In this document: positions 1 through 14,050 of the stretch, one piece after another | Layout: the number at the start of each line of letters is the position of its first letter | How positions within the stretch are numbered: the stretch's first letter is position 1 | From: the human T2T-CHM13v2.0 reference genome, Homo sapiens | Length of the DNA stretch: 64,000 nucleotides | Direction: 5' to 3' (one strand) | Assembly: GCF_009914755.1 (NCBI RefSeq) | Contig: NC_060933.1 | Made by a program: the position numbers and the translations under genes | Notes under the pieces: generated by a model | Databases searched by the model: none | The model's input: the letters and a program-made list of their open reading frames with translations, nothing else | Told to the model about the DNA's origin: nothing

Positions 1-214
1 AGGAGAAATTTTGGTTCAACAGAAAAAAATTTATAAGCAAGAAGTTGCTTGATAAATACTGTAAGGTTTAAAGGAGGCATGCATCCTCAAACACCAGAAG
101 TATTCAAGAAAATAGTCTCAGTGCCTAAATACACAGGCTAAAGAGAATCAAAACACAACTAATGATTGGAAAAGATGGCCCATGCTGCTAAAGTACAAAG
201 CTAGGTGGTATTTG

Positions 215-698
<484 letters not shown>

Positions 699-859
699 AA
701 TAAATGGTAGTTTAAAAAAATTATTTCTGTTAGTATTATTACATGAAAGGAAAAAGAAAGGAGAAAGAAAGCATTTCCCAACATCTGCTTTAAGCCAAAC
801 CATATATATATATATATGTTTATGGTTTGGCTTATATACATATATAAACTTCTTTTCCT

Positions 860-995
860 ATTTACAAATTCTCCATTTGCAAATGAGAAAACTGGGACTC
901 AGGGAACAGAAACAGTTCACCCAAAGACACACATATAGGAAGCGGTAGAGAAAAAATTCAAACCCTGATATTCTAACCACAGAGTCCAATTTCTT
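860..995 (-). mobile_element. MIR fragment
   Basis: ccatttgcaaatgagaaaactgggactcagg...cacccaaagacacac is the antisense MIR core. Confidence 0.75.
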
Positions 996-1429
996 AATAA
1001 ATCAGTCTGTATAGCACTCTACAAGTATGCCTTCTTATCCTAATAACATCATTTTCATTAAATGTTACACAAGCATTTGTCCTGTTTTCTCCACTAAGCC
1101 AGAACCTTTGTAGGACAAGGACTTTTTCCATATTTTGTTTGTATTCTGTGTCTCTAAGTAAGTCCTTAAATGCCTGAAGGGTCTTAATATTTCTCACAAA
1201 CTGTAATTTTGCTGCAAATTTCTTTCTAGAGAAGATAATTCCTTATAATATTTATTTGGGGCTGTTGGTTATTAGGCATTGAAAGCATATTCTCCAAACC
1301 ATAACTATTTTAATATTTTGAGGGTCATTCTCACTCTGTCAACCCAATCTGAGTATGCAGATATACCTCCCTCCAAGTTGATCTGTCTGTGCTGCCAATT
1401 CAAAGCCTGAGCAATTAAAGGTAATTTAA

Positions 1430-2010
1430 GGGATGCCAGCTTGCCTATTGCTAATCATGTGAATTTGGGCAAGTTATTTAACAGCCATAAACTCCAGTTA
1501 TCTTATTTGTAAAGTATTTATTATAAGCTGTCTCGTAATAATTTTATGAAGATTAAATGAGATAACACAAGAGAGGTAAAACTGTGCTTTGCAAATTTTT
1601 TTATTTTCCTTCTGGGCACATAAGTAGTTTTTATTGCCCAGGCTCTTTATATCTAAGTAAGGGCATTGGTACCTAAATCTAGCCAAAAGAATGGGGCAGT
1701 TGTGACATAGGCCATTTCTTCCCCTGGACCTCAGAACTTTCTACCCACTAATCCTTCCCTAGTTATCAGTTAGATGTTTAAAAAAAATCCAGGGAAGGAC
1801 TCTAAGGTCCTGGAAGAGGTCTGAGATGAAAGATGTCACTCAGATAGAGAAAAGCTGCTCCAGCCATATTGGACTGTGATCACTGTACATAAATGTTTTT
1901 TTTGGGGATTGTTTACTACAGCAACTAGTATTTCTTGCCCCCTGGCTTACACAACTAATAAATAAATGCACCTAGCATGGTATCTGCCACATAATACTTT
2001 ATCATTGTTT
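1430..2010 (+). mobile_element. MIR split by an MLT1J-like LTR
   Basis: MIR core tgtgaatttgggcaagttatttaac...gattaaatgagataa stops near 1568; the MIR 3' end (gcacctagcatggtatctgccacata) resumes near 1960. Confidence 0.65.
1570..1952 (+). mobile_element. MLT1J-like solo LTR (ERVL-MaLR)
   Basis: cttctgggcaca...gccaaaagaatggggcag...ggactctaaggtcctgg...ggactgtga...ggattgtttactacagc...ttacaca resembles MLT1J. Confidence 0.7.
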
Positions 2011-3522
2011 GCACCCTTATTTTTCCTCTCATAATTTCTTTATTTTTGGCATCTTGTGCCAAAATAAGAACATTTTCAAATAGCAATACTATTACAATTT
2101 ATAAAGCTTCTCATCTCTATACACAAATATATATATTTATTTGAATCATGCAACTTCCTAGAACTGGCATGAATTTATTGCCTTCATCTGCAATTAAAGA
2201 GACTCAGTTAAATTATAGGGAGAGGAAAATTTACTTTGTATGAATATTATCTGTGGGCCTGATCAACAAATAAGTGCTTAAATTAGTGTCTCATATCTGG
2301 CAATACAGGTAGCTAATGACTATTAAAATACTTCATGTGAGTACACTGGTACTCAGAGCACAGCCCAAGGCTGTATACCTAGTAAGTGATAAAAATAGAA
2401 ATTTAACTTGAGCCAATGTGTCTCTAAAACCTGTGCCCTTTTGAATACACAGGCAGTCATGAGACTGCCACGATTACACAAGCAGGCTGCCACTGAGCTC
2501 ATAGAAGACTACAAAAGTGTTGACTCCTAGCCCAGTTCCCCTTTCACTACCTCACATTGCCTTCCTCTGGAGACAAATGATTATCCCCTTGTAATTGGTT
2601 TCTCAGTTATCAGGAGGAAGATAAGACTCTTTTCCATCTGCATCACTTCTCAATGACAACATTGTTGCATAGCAGTTTTTGAATGAATTAATCAGATTTT
2701 AAATATTTAGAATTTACTGTGGTTGCCCCTTTATGAAATCAAATAAGCCAAAAGAAATATGCTTCTGACTTTGTGCATATCAAGAAATAAATATATCTTC
2801 TGCAAGGGAAAATATGGGTGCCTTTTGCCATTGAGCAACACAGCAACAGATGGAACTCAGCGTGAGGCACAGAAATCCATGGGTGTTTCCTGGTGGAGAT
2901 GTCATTTGCCAGAAGAAAGCTGAATCGTGAGGCTGTTTTATAGCAATGAAAATAAACAACTTTATTCAAACATAATTAATCTTCCCCAAAATATTCTTCC
3001 TTCCTTGGTGTTTTTGTTCTCACCAGTGTTTGAGGAATCTCTCCCTAGGTTTGAGTCACCAAACACCTATTTTGATTTTTTTAATGTTTTATGTTTAGAT
3101 ACAGACGTGTCATTACCCACTGAGAGCTTAGTCATCCTTTCTCAGGGTCACATCAGTGCCTCCACCCATCCACAAGTCTAGCTTTCCAGTTTCAATTACC
3201 CCTACATCTTTATGTCCACCTTCAACTACAGCTCACCCAGTTGTAAACTGATCCCTATGTATGGCTTGCAGCATTTCATCTTTGTATCTGTGTCTCTGTT
3301 CCCTCCTTTCTGTTTTTCTTGCCTTTATATCCCTCTACAAAAATCCTCCCATCTTCCCTTTCTGTTTCTTTTTAAAAAAAAAAAATTAATTGTTTGTTTT
3401 TTGTATAATAACTCATTACCAGAAAATTGCTATAAGTACTCATTTACCTGAGTTTTTCCAATTCCATTAGTTTTTCACATAGAAAAAAAAATACGTTTCT
3501 AAGATTGGTTGAAAGCCAGGAG

Positions 3523-3524
<2 letters not shown>

Positions 3525-3554
<30 letters not shown>
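3525..3554 (+). repeat. Poly(A)30 tract
   Basis: 30 uninterrupted A. Confidence 0.95.
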
Positions 3555-3556
<2 letters not shown>

Positions 3557-3559
3557 AAA

Positions 3560-3800
3560 CCAATATATTTGGAGTGCTTGGTCTGTGCTCAGTGTTGCGC
3601 CATGCACTTCACAGAAATTACTTTGTTGAATGCCCGCAATGACCTTGCAAAGTAGACTGACATGCTTCTTTTCTATTTAACAATTAAGAAACATTGGGCT
3701 CAAAGTGTTTAAGGAATTTCCCAAAAATTATCCAGCCATAAAATAAGTGGTAGAGTGTACGATGCAGAGTACAATCTCTTTCACTTTTAACTCCCTTACA
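3560..3800 (-). mobile_element. MIR fragment
   Basis: aacaattaagaaacattgggctcaaagtgtttaaggaatttcccaa is the antisense MIR core. Confidence 0.65.
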
Positions 3801-4496
3801 ATTCCCAGAACACTGCTATATTCAGCTTTTTTCACTGAGTAAACCAAAAGTATAAATACTGAAAGGATTGTCAAAGAAAAAAGAAACATCCATATTTAAC
3901 CTTTCTATATGAACCACATTATCCATCCTTGGTTTCATGGAGACTTGGATTCTACACTGTGCCTGCATGACATATCAGAGCCTGTTTGACAAGCCAACCA
4001 TACCATCAACTTCCTCATTGCCTTCCCTGATTTGAACCACAAAACTGGAGAGCTTCATTAATCCAATGTTGCATAGAAGACTTTGAAGAGATTCTTGCTC
4101 TGTCTTTTAATTTGGAGTCTGTACTTGAAAATTCAAGTACATTTTCAGCACTCCATACTCAAAAGGAAAAAAGACAAGAAAGAGGAGAAAAAGAAAGATA
4201 TGGAGAAGAAAAAGGGTACACTCTTACTAATTTTCCTATAAAGCACTGTCCCATTCTGTTTCTTCTTACCTTAAGTGTTTTTTCATTAATAGTGTGAAGG
4301 TGACCTCCTTTGGGAAGAGGGAATATTTTTCTAAAGAAAAAAGTGTTTCATGTGCACATTAAGTTCCCAATAAATAGATGTGTGGCTTTTAAATGATTAC
4401 TTTGTCCCATAGCTCTATATGAGAGTGGTGTTGAAATTCTCCCTGAAAATTTCTATATTTTGTCAAGGACCTTTATTTTCTCAAAGATTTAAAAAT

Positions 4497-4807
<311 letters not shown>

Positions 4808-4929
4808 AAAAATTAAAATCTGATTAAATCCATCAAGTACATTTAAATTAATGTAAATGGAACTCAACTTCATATAAGATGAGATTAAAACCAATTCATT
4901 ACCTTGAAAATTGGTGAATAAAGGGAAAG

Positions 4930-7900
4930 ACTGAAGCATTTATCCTGCCCTTCCTATAGCAACTGTACCACTGGTTAACTAAATAGTAGGTAATGGAATG
5001 TGATTTTTATAAAAATATCCCAGTAGATAAATGCAAAAAATAAAATAAAATTAGACTATTTTGAACTCCCTCTCCCCAGTGAATTGATAGATCCAATTAC
5101 TAATCATCAACAGCTCTGAACATCACAAGAAAAACCAGCAGTCATAATGCAGTTGTTGATGGAAGAACTCATCACCACTTCCAATGTTACCAAAGGGATT
5201 GAACTGAGTCTCATCAGGTCTTGGATCCAGCTGCCACTTTGCAAGAAATAGGACAGGGGAACATGTTGTCCTGTGCTATAAATGTGCAACAAACACAATC
5301 CAGACTGTGGGAGACTTCCCAGATGCCCTCAGTACTCTTGCAGATGAAGAGTAAGGAAAAGTGAGGGTTAGAGGGTGAACCTATAGATTAATAGACTCAA
5401 CATTAAAAAAAATAATGAGCAAGCCTAAATCATGGTGTCTAGAGATGGATACTTAGGTAACAAATCTATAAAGAAACAGAAGGTGATATGGCTTGGCTTT
5501 GTGTTCCCAACCAAATCTCACCCTGAATTGTAACAATCCCCAAGTGTTGTGGGAGGGAGCCAGTGGGAGGCAAGTGAATCATAGGATTGGGTTTTTCCCA
5601 TGCTGCTCTTGTGATAGTGAATAAGTCTCATGAGATCTAATGGTTTTATAAAAAGGCAGTTTCCCTAACAAGCTCTTGCCTGCCGCCATGTAAGATGTGA
5701 CTTTGCTCTTTCTTCACCTTCCTCCATAATTGTGAGGCTTCCCCAGACATGTGGAACTGTGACTCCATTAAACCTCTTTCCTTTATAAATTATCCAGTCT
5801 CAGATATGTCTTTATTAGCAGCATTAGAACAAACTAATAGAGTAAATTGGTGCTGGTAGAGTGGGGTGCTATAAAACTACCTGAAAGTGTGGAAGTCACT
5901 TTGGAATGGGGTAACAGGCAGAGGATGGAGCAGTTCAGAGGACTCAGATGTAGATAGGAAAATGTGGGAAAGTTTGAAACTTCCTAGAGACTTGGAGAGC
6001 TCAGAAGACAGGAAGATGTGAGAAAGTTTGGAATTTCCTAGAGACTAGTTGAATGGCTTTGACCAAAATGTTGATAGTGATATGGACAACAAGGTCCAAG
6101 CTGAGGTGGTCTCAGATGGAGATGGGGAATGTTTTGGGAACTGGAATAAAGGTCACTCTTGCTATTCAGAGACTGGTGGCATTTTGCCCCTGACCTAGAG
6201 ATCTGTGGAATTTTGAACTTGAGAGATATGATCTGAAATTGGAACTTACCTTTAAAAGGGAAGCAGAGCATAAAAGTTTGGAAAATTTGCAGCCTGATGA
6301 TGCAGTAGAAAAGAAAAACCCATTTTCTGGGGAGAAATTCAAGCCTGCTGCATAAATTTGCATAAGTAATGAGGAGTTGAATGCTAATTGCCAAGACAAA
6401 GGGGAAAATGTTTCCAGGGCATGTCAGAGACCTTAGCAGCAGCCCCTCTCATAATAGGTCCAGAGGCCTAGGAGGAAAAAACAGTATCCTGGTCTGGGCC
6501 CAGGGTCCTCCTGCTATGTACATCCTAGGGACTTGGTGCCCTGAATCCCAGCTCCTCCAGCTATGGCTAAAAGGGATCAAGGTACAGCTCAGCCTGTGGT
6601 TTCAGAGGGTGCAAACCCCAAACCTTGGCAACTCCCACATGGTGCTGAGCCTGCAGGTGCACAAAAGGCAAGAATTGAGGTTTGGGAACCTCCACCTAGA
6701 TTTCAGAGGATATATGGAAATGCCTGGATGTAGAGGCAGAAGTTTGCTGCAGGGGTGGGGCCTTCATGGAGAACCTTTGCTAGGTCAGTGTAGAAGGAAA
6801 ATGTGGGGTTGGAGCTCCCACACAGATTCCCCACTGGGGCACTGCCTTGTGGAGCTGTGAGAAGAGTGTCACAATCCTCTAGACCCCAGAATGGTAGGTC
6901 CACTGATAGCTTGCACTATGCACCTGGAAAAGCTGCAGACACTCAATGCCAGCCTGTGAAGGCAGCCAAGGGCAGGATCCTGCAAAGCCACAGGGACAGA
7001 GCTACCCAAGGCCATGGGAGCCCAACTCTTGCAACAGCATGACCAGGATGTGAAACACGGAGTCAAAGGAGATTATTTCAGAGCTTTAAGATTTTGCTGA
7101 CTCACTGGATTTTGGACTTGCATGGTGCCTGTGGCCCCTTCATTTTGGCCAATTTTTCTCATTTGGAATGAATGTATTTATCCAATGCCTGTACCCACAT
7201 TTTATCTGGGAAGTAACTAACTTGCTTTTGATTTTACAGGCTCATAGGCAGAGGGGACTTGCCTTATCTAAGATGACACTTTGGATTGTGAATTTTTGAG
7301 TTAATGCTGAAATGAGTTAAGACTTTGGGGGACTGTTGGGAAGGCATGATTGTGTTTTGAAACGTGAAAGAGACATAAGATTTGGGAGTCACCAGGGGCA
7401 GAATGATGTGGTTTGGCTCTGTGTCCCCACCCAAATTTCACTTTGAATTGTAATAATCCCACATGTCATGGAAGGGTCCTGGTGGGAAGTAATTGAATCA
7501 CAGGAATGGGTTTTGTTTTGTTTTTTACTTCATGCTGTTCTCTTGATAGTGAATAAGTCTCACAAGATCTGATGGTTTTATAAAAGGGCAGTTTCCCTGC
7601 ACAAGCTTTTTTGCCTGCTGCCAAGTAAGATGTGCCTTTGCTCTCCGTTTGCCTTCTGCTTGACTGTGAGGCCTCCTCAGCCATGTGTAATTGTGAGTCC
7701 ATTAAACCTCTTTCCTTTATAAATTACTTAGTTTCAGGTATGTCTTTATTAGCAGTATGAGAGTGGACTCATACAGAAGGAGATGACTAGAAATAAGTCA
7801 GGAAAGATGTCAGTTTTCTAGGGGAGAGGTTGGGATATGGGGTTGATTTGAGACAGGACACAAGGTAGTGCTATTGGAGTAGTGGAAAGATTCTATTTCT

Positions 7901-8005
7901 TAAGCCAGGTGGCAGTCACTAAGCTGCTATATTCACAATAACTCATTTTTTTGTTACGTGTGCTTTTTTGTGTCTCCATTATATTTTATAATTGAAATAA
8001 TAAAA
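4930..8005 (+). mobile_element. Old L1 3' UTR (L1MC4/5-like), interrupted by THE1
   Basis: gatccagctgccactttgcaagaaatagg...caatccagactgtgggagac; continues after 7780 (aagattctatttctt...tatattttataat). Confidence 0.65.
5484..7775 (+). mobile_element. Full THE1 (THE1C/D-like) ERVL-MaLR provirus: 5' LTR 5484-5841, internal 5842-7403, 3' LTR 7404-7775
   Basis: Two ~360-bp LTRs starting tgat(a/g)tgg and ending -ata(g/c)a; typical THE1-int sequence between; perfect TSD GAAGG at 5479-5483 and 7776-7780. Confidence 0.95.
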
Positions 8006-8139
8006 TACCCAATTAAGCAGTTCTCTAAGACTCTAGTTAGTAAATTGAATATTCATTTAACCACATATTGAACTCAATAAAGGAGAGTGTTCCTCAATAT
8101 AGGAAACATTAATTTTTAAAAAGTGAGGTAAGAAAACAT

Positions 8140-8400
8140 TTTCTCCCATGAAATTTGGAGTCACACATGCCTAAATTCAGAGTATGTATTAGTTCTACAA
8201 TTTGTTACTACCTCCTTCACCCCAAGACGTAGTTTCCTCATATTTAAATGAAGACATTTAAATTTAAACTTAAAAGGGGATAGTAACATCTTTTTCAAAG
8301 TTTTTTGGGAGGATTAAATAAGATGATATGTGAAAATTAAATTAAATGTAAAATGCCTAAAACAATGTTCCTACACAGAAAAACCTCAAATGGCACCTCT
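8140..8400 (+). mobile_element. MIR fragment
   Basis: agtttcctcatatttaaatg...ggaggattaaataagatgatatgtgaaa. Confidence 0.65.
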
Positions 8401-8899
8401 GCTTATTAGAGACAGGTTTTTATAATAGTGCCCTTTTGACTGTGAAACAGTTTCAAATAACTCATAAGTCAGGTATTAGAGCTAGATGGCAGATTTAAAT
8501 ATTTCAGTTCATGATGCAGGTGATGCTCCAGTGCCCAGGTGCAGATTCACGGTATAGTCAACAAGAATCTAAAATATTTGTCATCAAATGAAAAGCAGAC
8601 ACTGTATGAGAAAGCATTGCCCAGTAAAAAAAGATACAGAGCTTGTAGAATAAAACTAAGCTTTCTCTTCTAAAGCAGGGATTTGCATTTCTACATGGAA
8701 AAAGTTAAATTGCTACCAGGTACTGCTTAGCAAGGAACTGAGTTTTCTGTTTCTGGAATTTATGAAATAATCAGTCACCTTCTTATCAGGGCTGTTGTTT
8801 AGGTAACTCTTTCACTGGCAAGGAGTTATCCCAGATGGCCTTATGTTCTTTCAAACATCTCTGATAGAGATGTATTATACAGAGATGTCAAATATTACT

Positions 8900-9130
8900 A
8901 AATAGCTACTATATACAAGATACTAAGCTATATGTTAAACATGGGTTATCTATTTTAACACATGCACAAGACTTAAGATTCAGATATTATGGTCCCCATT
9001 TTAGCTATGGAAAAAAAATGGAGGCTCAAGAAGTTTAGAAGGCTTGTTCAAGGTCATAGAACTAGTGAATGGTGGAAGTGGGATTTGAAACTAGATGTCT
9101 GTGGTGACAATTTCCAGACTATAGTGCTTA
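8900..9130 (-). mobile_element. MIR fragment
   Basis: ccccattttagctatggaaa...gaggctcaagaagtt...caaggtcatagaactagtgaatggtggaagtgggatttgaa. Confidence 0.8.
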
Positions 9131-9210
9131 TTGGTTAACATCTCCCAAAATACATAACACCAAATATGGGTAGTAAAATATATATATCGACCTGGGTGGC
9201 AGTCACAAAG

Positions 9211-9212
<2 letters not shown>

Positions 9213-9260
<48 letters not shown>
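9213..9260. repeat. (TG)24 microsatellite
   Basis: Perfect dinucleotide run. Confidence 0.97.
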
Positions 9261-9263
<3 letters not shown>

Positions 9264-9939
9264 ATAGATGTCACAATATATACTGGCTCAAGGCCATCAA
9301 GCAATTAAATAACTAGATGATAGAAACAGAATTTTGACCCAGGCAATCTGATTTAAGAAACCTAACCTACATACACACTACCTCTAAATAGAACATCCTC
9401 TGGATGCAATTTTTCTTGGGAAATCAGAGAAGCATAACTCCAAATGGAGCTCACATTATACAAGGAAGAGACAACAGTAGATGTACTATGAAGTAATATA
9501 AGTAAAGTGAGATAAAATGAAGGCTAGGGAAAAAAAACCAGTATGAAGAGACAAAAAATAATGAAGAAGAGTTTGGGAATAAAATGGTTCAAATAGTCTC
9601 TTGGAAAAATTAAAGGGGTGTGAATACTTGAATCAAATGAGATATGGGAGTCTCTTTTCTTTCTTCTCTCTAGTGTCTTTCAGCACCACACACACACATG
9701 CATGTGTTCACATAAACACATACACATTAAAGCATGCATATATACGTACACACGTGAACACATCCTGCCTTCCTCCTCTGGCCCAAGCCATCAGTCTTGA
9801 TCACTTCTGCCCTGACAGCCTGAGGTCACCAGCTCTACACTCACTGTTTCTTTCCTGAGGAGGTTTTACACTCTTCCTTTCATAAAGTGCTTATAAGACA
9901 TAAACATGATCAGATGCCTATGATAATGTTCACAGACAT

Positions 9940-10070
9940 CATCCAAAAATCCCATTGCAATGCAGATCTCTGGGACTCAACCCCATAGACCCCAAATCAT
10001 CAAGTCTTGTGTGAGGCCCAGAAATTGCACTGTTCACCTAAACTCCAGATGACTCTGATGCAGTATCAGG
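9940..10070. mobile_element. MER5-like hAT-Charlie MITE fragment
   Basis: aatgcagatctctgggactcaaccccatagac...ggcccagaaattgcactgtt...ctccagatgactctgatgca. Confidence 0.6.
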
Positions 10071-10149
10071 CACTGAGTGTCTCATCATTTGGAACTGTTC
10101 TACCTATGACACATCAGAAAGAAAGCAGCCTCTTCTAGACTAGAAGGGT

Positions 10150-10350
10150 AGATTGACTATTGACTTTGAAGCCAGCAAAACTTGAGTTTCAAATCTTCTT
10201 ACTCAGTTTTTCTAAGCCTTGCTTATCTAACCTATAAAATGGAAAGAATGATACCTACCTTATTGAATTGCTGAAGATTAAATAAGATAATATATTTAAA
10301 GTACTTGATAGTAAGATTTTAGGAGGACCTCAGAAAATTCTACTCTATTT
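10150..10350 (+). mobile_element. MIR fragment
   Basis: gactttgaagccag...ctataaaatggaaagaatgatacctacct...gaagattaaataagataa. Confidence 0.75.
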
Positions 10351-10744
10351 CCTCTTCATCTCTCTCATGACATTATCTAACTAGTTCTATCCCCCTGATG
10401 TGGCGAAGAATCTCAATATACTTACTGAGTGAATGAATGATGAATGGACTTCCAAAGAGGCATAATTTTTGGAGTTTGGAAAAATCATCTGGAACTGGCC
10501 ATAAGAGAAGGATTAGGCTAACTACCTGCCAGATTAATAGGCGAGAGAGGAAGTTTAGGAGACTCCAAAGGAAGCAACCCAGTGGGGGTGGGGGAACTTG
10601 AGAAGAATCTCTACCACCTGTAAATCTTTAGCAAGTTAATGATTCTGTCCAAAAACAAGTTTTCTTATGACTAAGCACATTTCCCTTCTTTGCGCTTAAC
10701 ATAAAGGAGAGATTTAACATACTTTATTCCTTTGGAACATAGAG

Positions 10745-10995
10745 TAATGAAGTAGTCTAGAGCACAGCTCTGAAGTCAGATTGCTCAATTTTTGTTTTGG
10801 CTCAAACACTTCTTTACTGTGTGACCTTTGGAAAGTCACTAAATCTTTCTGAGCCTTAGATATTTTATCTGTAAAAGTGGATAAAAAATAATATTTACAT
10901 TATAAGGTCACTGGAAGGAATAAATGACAAAATTCATGGGAAACATTTAGCATTGTGCCTATCCCAGAGACAGCACTCTTCAAGGATTATCTTTA
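10745..10995 (+). mobile_element. Near full-length MIR
   Basis: agagcacagctctgaagtcagattgc...tgtgtgacctttggaaagtcactaaatctttctgagcct...atctgtaaaa. Confidence 0.85.
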
Positions 10996-11661
10996 ATATT
11001 ATACTGATTTTAATATTATCTTTTCTATTTTCTTTCTGGAATTATTTAGATAAGTTCTGAGCTCCACACTTTATCTCTGCAAAACGGATTGCAAGTAATA
11101 TCTCCCTCATAAAAGCAATGCTTGCATGCCACCAACAAGAATGAACTGAAGAGAACATCCCAATAAACTATGAAGACTTCCCAGTCGTGCAGTCTACTCA
11201 AGAGAGAATGCATTCTTAGGTACATATGTCAGGTATACTCACTAGTAATCATCAGCATGGCCTGACTCTGCTTCCTGGCTACACGGAAACTTTAGAACAA
11301 AACCCTGGGATAAAAAATTTACCCCAAACTGGTCCACAAAGAGAGGAGCCACAGAGATTACTCATATTATGTGCAGGGAGTTTTATTCCGGTGACATCAT
11401 GACCTTAAAACTCTTTTTCTTTACCCAGCCATAACCTGATGTTGATCATAAATGTCAGCCACGCTATAAATGTGCCTCTGCACACCTGCCAAGCCCTTGG
11501 GTCCCTCACAAGTGCTGCTCACCTTGAGCCAGAGGAAGCTGCTGCTTAACCTCTCAGGAGAGTTCTCAGCCTTAACAACAAGAGGGACCTTATTTCCACC
11601 ATCACTTTCCCTCCTTCTACACTTCCTTCACTCTACTAGGTCACATTTTCTGCATCCCTTC

Positions 11662-12005
11662 TGTATCGGTCAGGATGGGTTATGTTGTAGTTACAGACAA
11701 TCCTGAAAGCTCAATTGTTTAAAATGGCAGGATTAATTTCTTACTAATGTGTCCCTAATGAGATGTAGGCTGATGGAGCAGCCACCAACTTTAATGTTGC
11801 CTGTCTCTGTGTCAAAGAATAAAGAGTTCTGGAGGGACTTACGGTGACAATTAAATGTTCAACCCACAGATAATACTTATGTCTCGTTGGCTGGAACTAA
11901 TTACTTAGCTAACCCATCTACAAGGGGGCAAGAATGTGCATTCTGCCACATGATCAAAAAGCATTAACTGACAAATTCAATGAACAGAACTAATGACTGC
12001 TGCTA
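11662..12005 (-). mobile_element. MLT1K/L-like LTR
   Basis: tgtatcggtcaggatgggttatgttgtag...ttggctggaactaattac...caagggggcaagaatgtg...gaacagaactaatgact. Confidence 0.65.
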
Positions 12006-12019
12006 CTCTTGAAAGAACA

Positions 12020-12730
12020 CATTTATTCATTCATTCAAAACACATCTCTCTACTGAGTTCCTACTCAAGCATTGTGCCTGCCCTCAGGGAATTCCTAGTG
12101 GGAGAGGCAGACTAGTAACCTGATACGTGTTCTAATCAGGGGCACAGACAATATATTGGAGTGTAGCCGAGTGCCATGGGAATGAGGCCAGGGAAGATTT
12201 CTTAGACAGGGAAACCTTCTTCAAGGTTTCTCAGCCAAACCTTGAGGGATGAATTGAGGTTGACAAGATGAAGGGCTAGGATATTGTGTGCCTGGTAAAG
12301 GACTCAGTATTGGCAAATGCAAGTAAATACAGCCTGTTTGCATAATCAAATCAGTTCAGTATAGTTGAAATGTTGAATTTAAAGAGGAGACTGGTAGGAG
12401 GTAAGGCTAAAGTAGTCAGAGAGGCACATCCTGAAGTGCCTTTCTGGTAATTCAAGCCATGAAGGGAGCTTGGTCTTTATTCTAAGAGCAATGAGGTCCC
12501 ATTCAAAAGTTCTCAGGAGGAGAGTTAGTTGCCGTTTTAGATAGAAGATGACTCTGGGAGCAATGTGGAGAATGGGTTAGTGAAAAGACCAACAGCAGTT
12601 AAGGAATAGCCAGAATGGTGGTGGAGCTGAATGACAGATGATGATGCCCAGGAACAAGGCAACATATTGAGGAGAGAGAGAAAGACGTGGCTAGAACCAG
12701 AAGGTAGTAAGAAAACAAAATCACAGTGAA
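12020..12730 (-). mobile_element. L2 LINE 3' fragment
   Basis: attcattcattcaaaacacat (L2 3' end), ctgccctcagggaattcctagt, ttggtctttattctaagagcaatg, gactctgggagcaatgtggagaatgg. Confidence 0.8.
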
Positions 12731-13699
12731 GACCTGATCACAGTGAGATTTTCTAAGATACATTAAACATAACCTTCCTAGAGCTTGTACTTTCTTTCCA
12801 GAAAATTAATAACTCAAATGGTACCAACAGTACTTAAATGTTGGCAAAGATCATTATTTGTTCAGGAGGAAAGACAAGATAACTTAAAATTTTAAGCACA
12901 TTTCACATGTTTGGTGAAACTGTAAAGTATACTTTAATATTCACTACAATGTTACGTGTTAATATTCTTATCTCTATTTTACAAAAAAAAAAAAAAAAAC
13001 TCAGGTAAATTAACATGCCAAGTTTGCAAGATATGAAGGGGGAGCTGAAATGCATACCAAACTTTCCTGAACTCTAAAACCTATGTATTTTCCATAAAAG
13101 TCATATTTCAAAGGATAGAATAAATATCCTTACAGTTATAAGCTGCTTCCCAGGAGCCAGTCCTTTTAATAATCATTATTAACACATATAATGGGTCATT
13201 TTTTGTGCTTGGTTTAGGCATATATAGTGATGGAGTAATTTTATGACTTTAGGGAGCTTGGAACTATATACATATAAGAAAATAGAAAATGTCTTAGTAT
13301 CTTTAGAGAAGTATGGTAAACAAATAGGGAGCAGATTGAGTTGTAGGAAGATCATGAGATCTTCCATATTGAACTGGAAGTGTCAGAATAACATTCTATG
13401 TGGGGACCTCTAAGAGTGAGGAGTTGTGTATTTAGAAATAAGCTGCATACATGTGGTGTTTGAAACCTAAAGAATAGATAAGTTTGCTGAAGACAGAGTC
13501 TAGAATAGCATACTCCGATTTGCTCCAAAGTGTTTATAGATTTTCTAAGATGATGCTAGGGTAGGCAGTGCTGCCCAGAGTTTATTGACAATAGAATTCT
13601 TTTAATAGATAACCTCTCGGGACTGATGTTACAAAGAACACACTTTAATGCGTTTTCATCTGACCAGCAAAGAGAAGAATGTTCCTTATTCAGAAGAAA

Positions 13700-14050
13700 G
13701 TAGGGTCTGTTTCAGTAACAACCAACCTCCATCTCTCAGTCGTTTAAAATAACAAAGGTTTATTTATTGCTTTCATCACTGGTTGACAGGGAAACTCTCC
13801 TATACGCTGTGACTTAGGAAACCAAGTTGATGGAACCACTATCTTCAATGTTGTCTCTGCACCAGAGGGAAAAAGACCTCTGGTGGGTGGATCTTCAGTT
13901 TATCCCTTAAATATTCTGGCATGGAAAAGACACATAATACTTATCTTTACAACTTATTGGTCAGGACTAGTCTCATGTTCCACTGGACTCCAGAGAGATT
14001 AGAAGTGTGCATGTGGTTATAATTATTAGGTGAGCGGCAGTAGCATCAAT
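13700..14050 (-). mobile_element. MLT1K/L-like LTR
   Basis: cagtaacaaccaacctccatctctcagtcgtttaaaataacaaaggtttattt...attggtcaggactagtctcatg. Confidence 0.65.

Noticed and set aside
5940-6050. ~50-bp tandem repeat (gaaagtttg...ttcctagagact twice)
   Set aside because: As I recall, this duplication is common in THE1 internal sequences, so it is not locus-specific.
6038-7066. Overlapping ORFs up to 159 aa in the THE1 internal region
   Set aside because: Fragmented MaLR internal sequence; no intact frame and no gag/pol motifs recognised.
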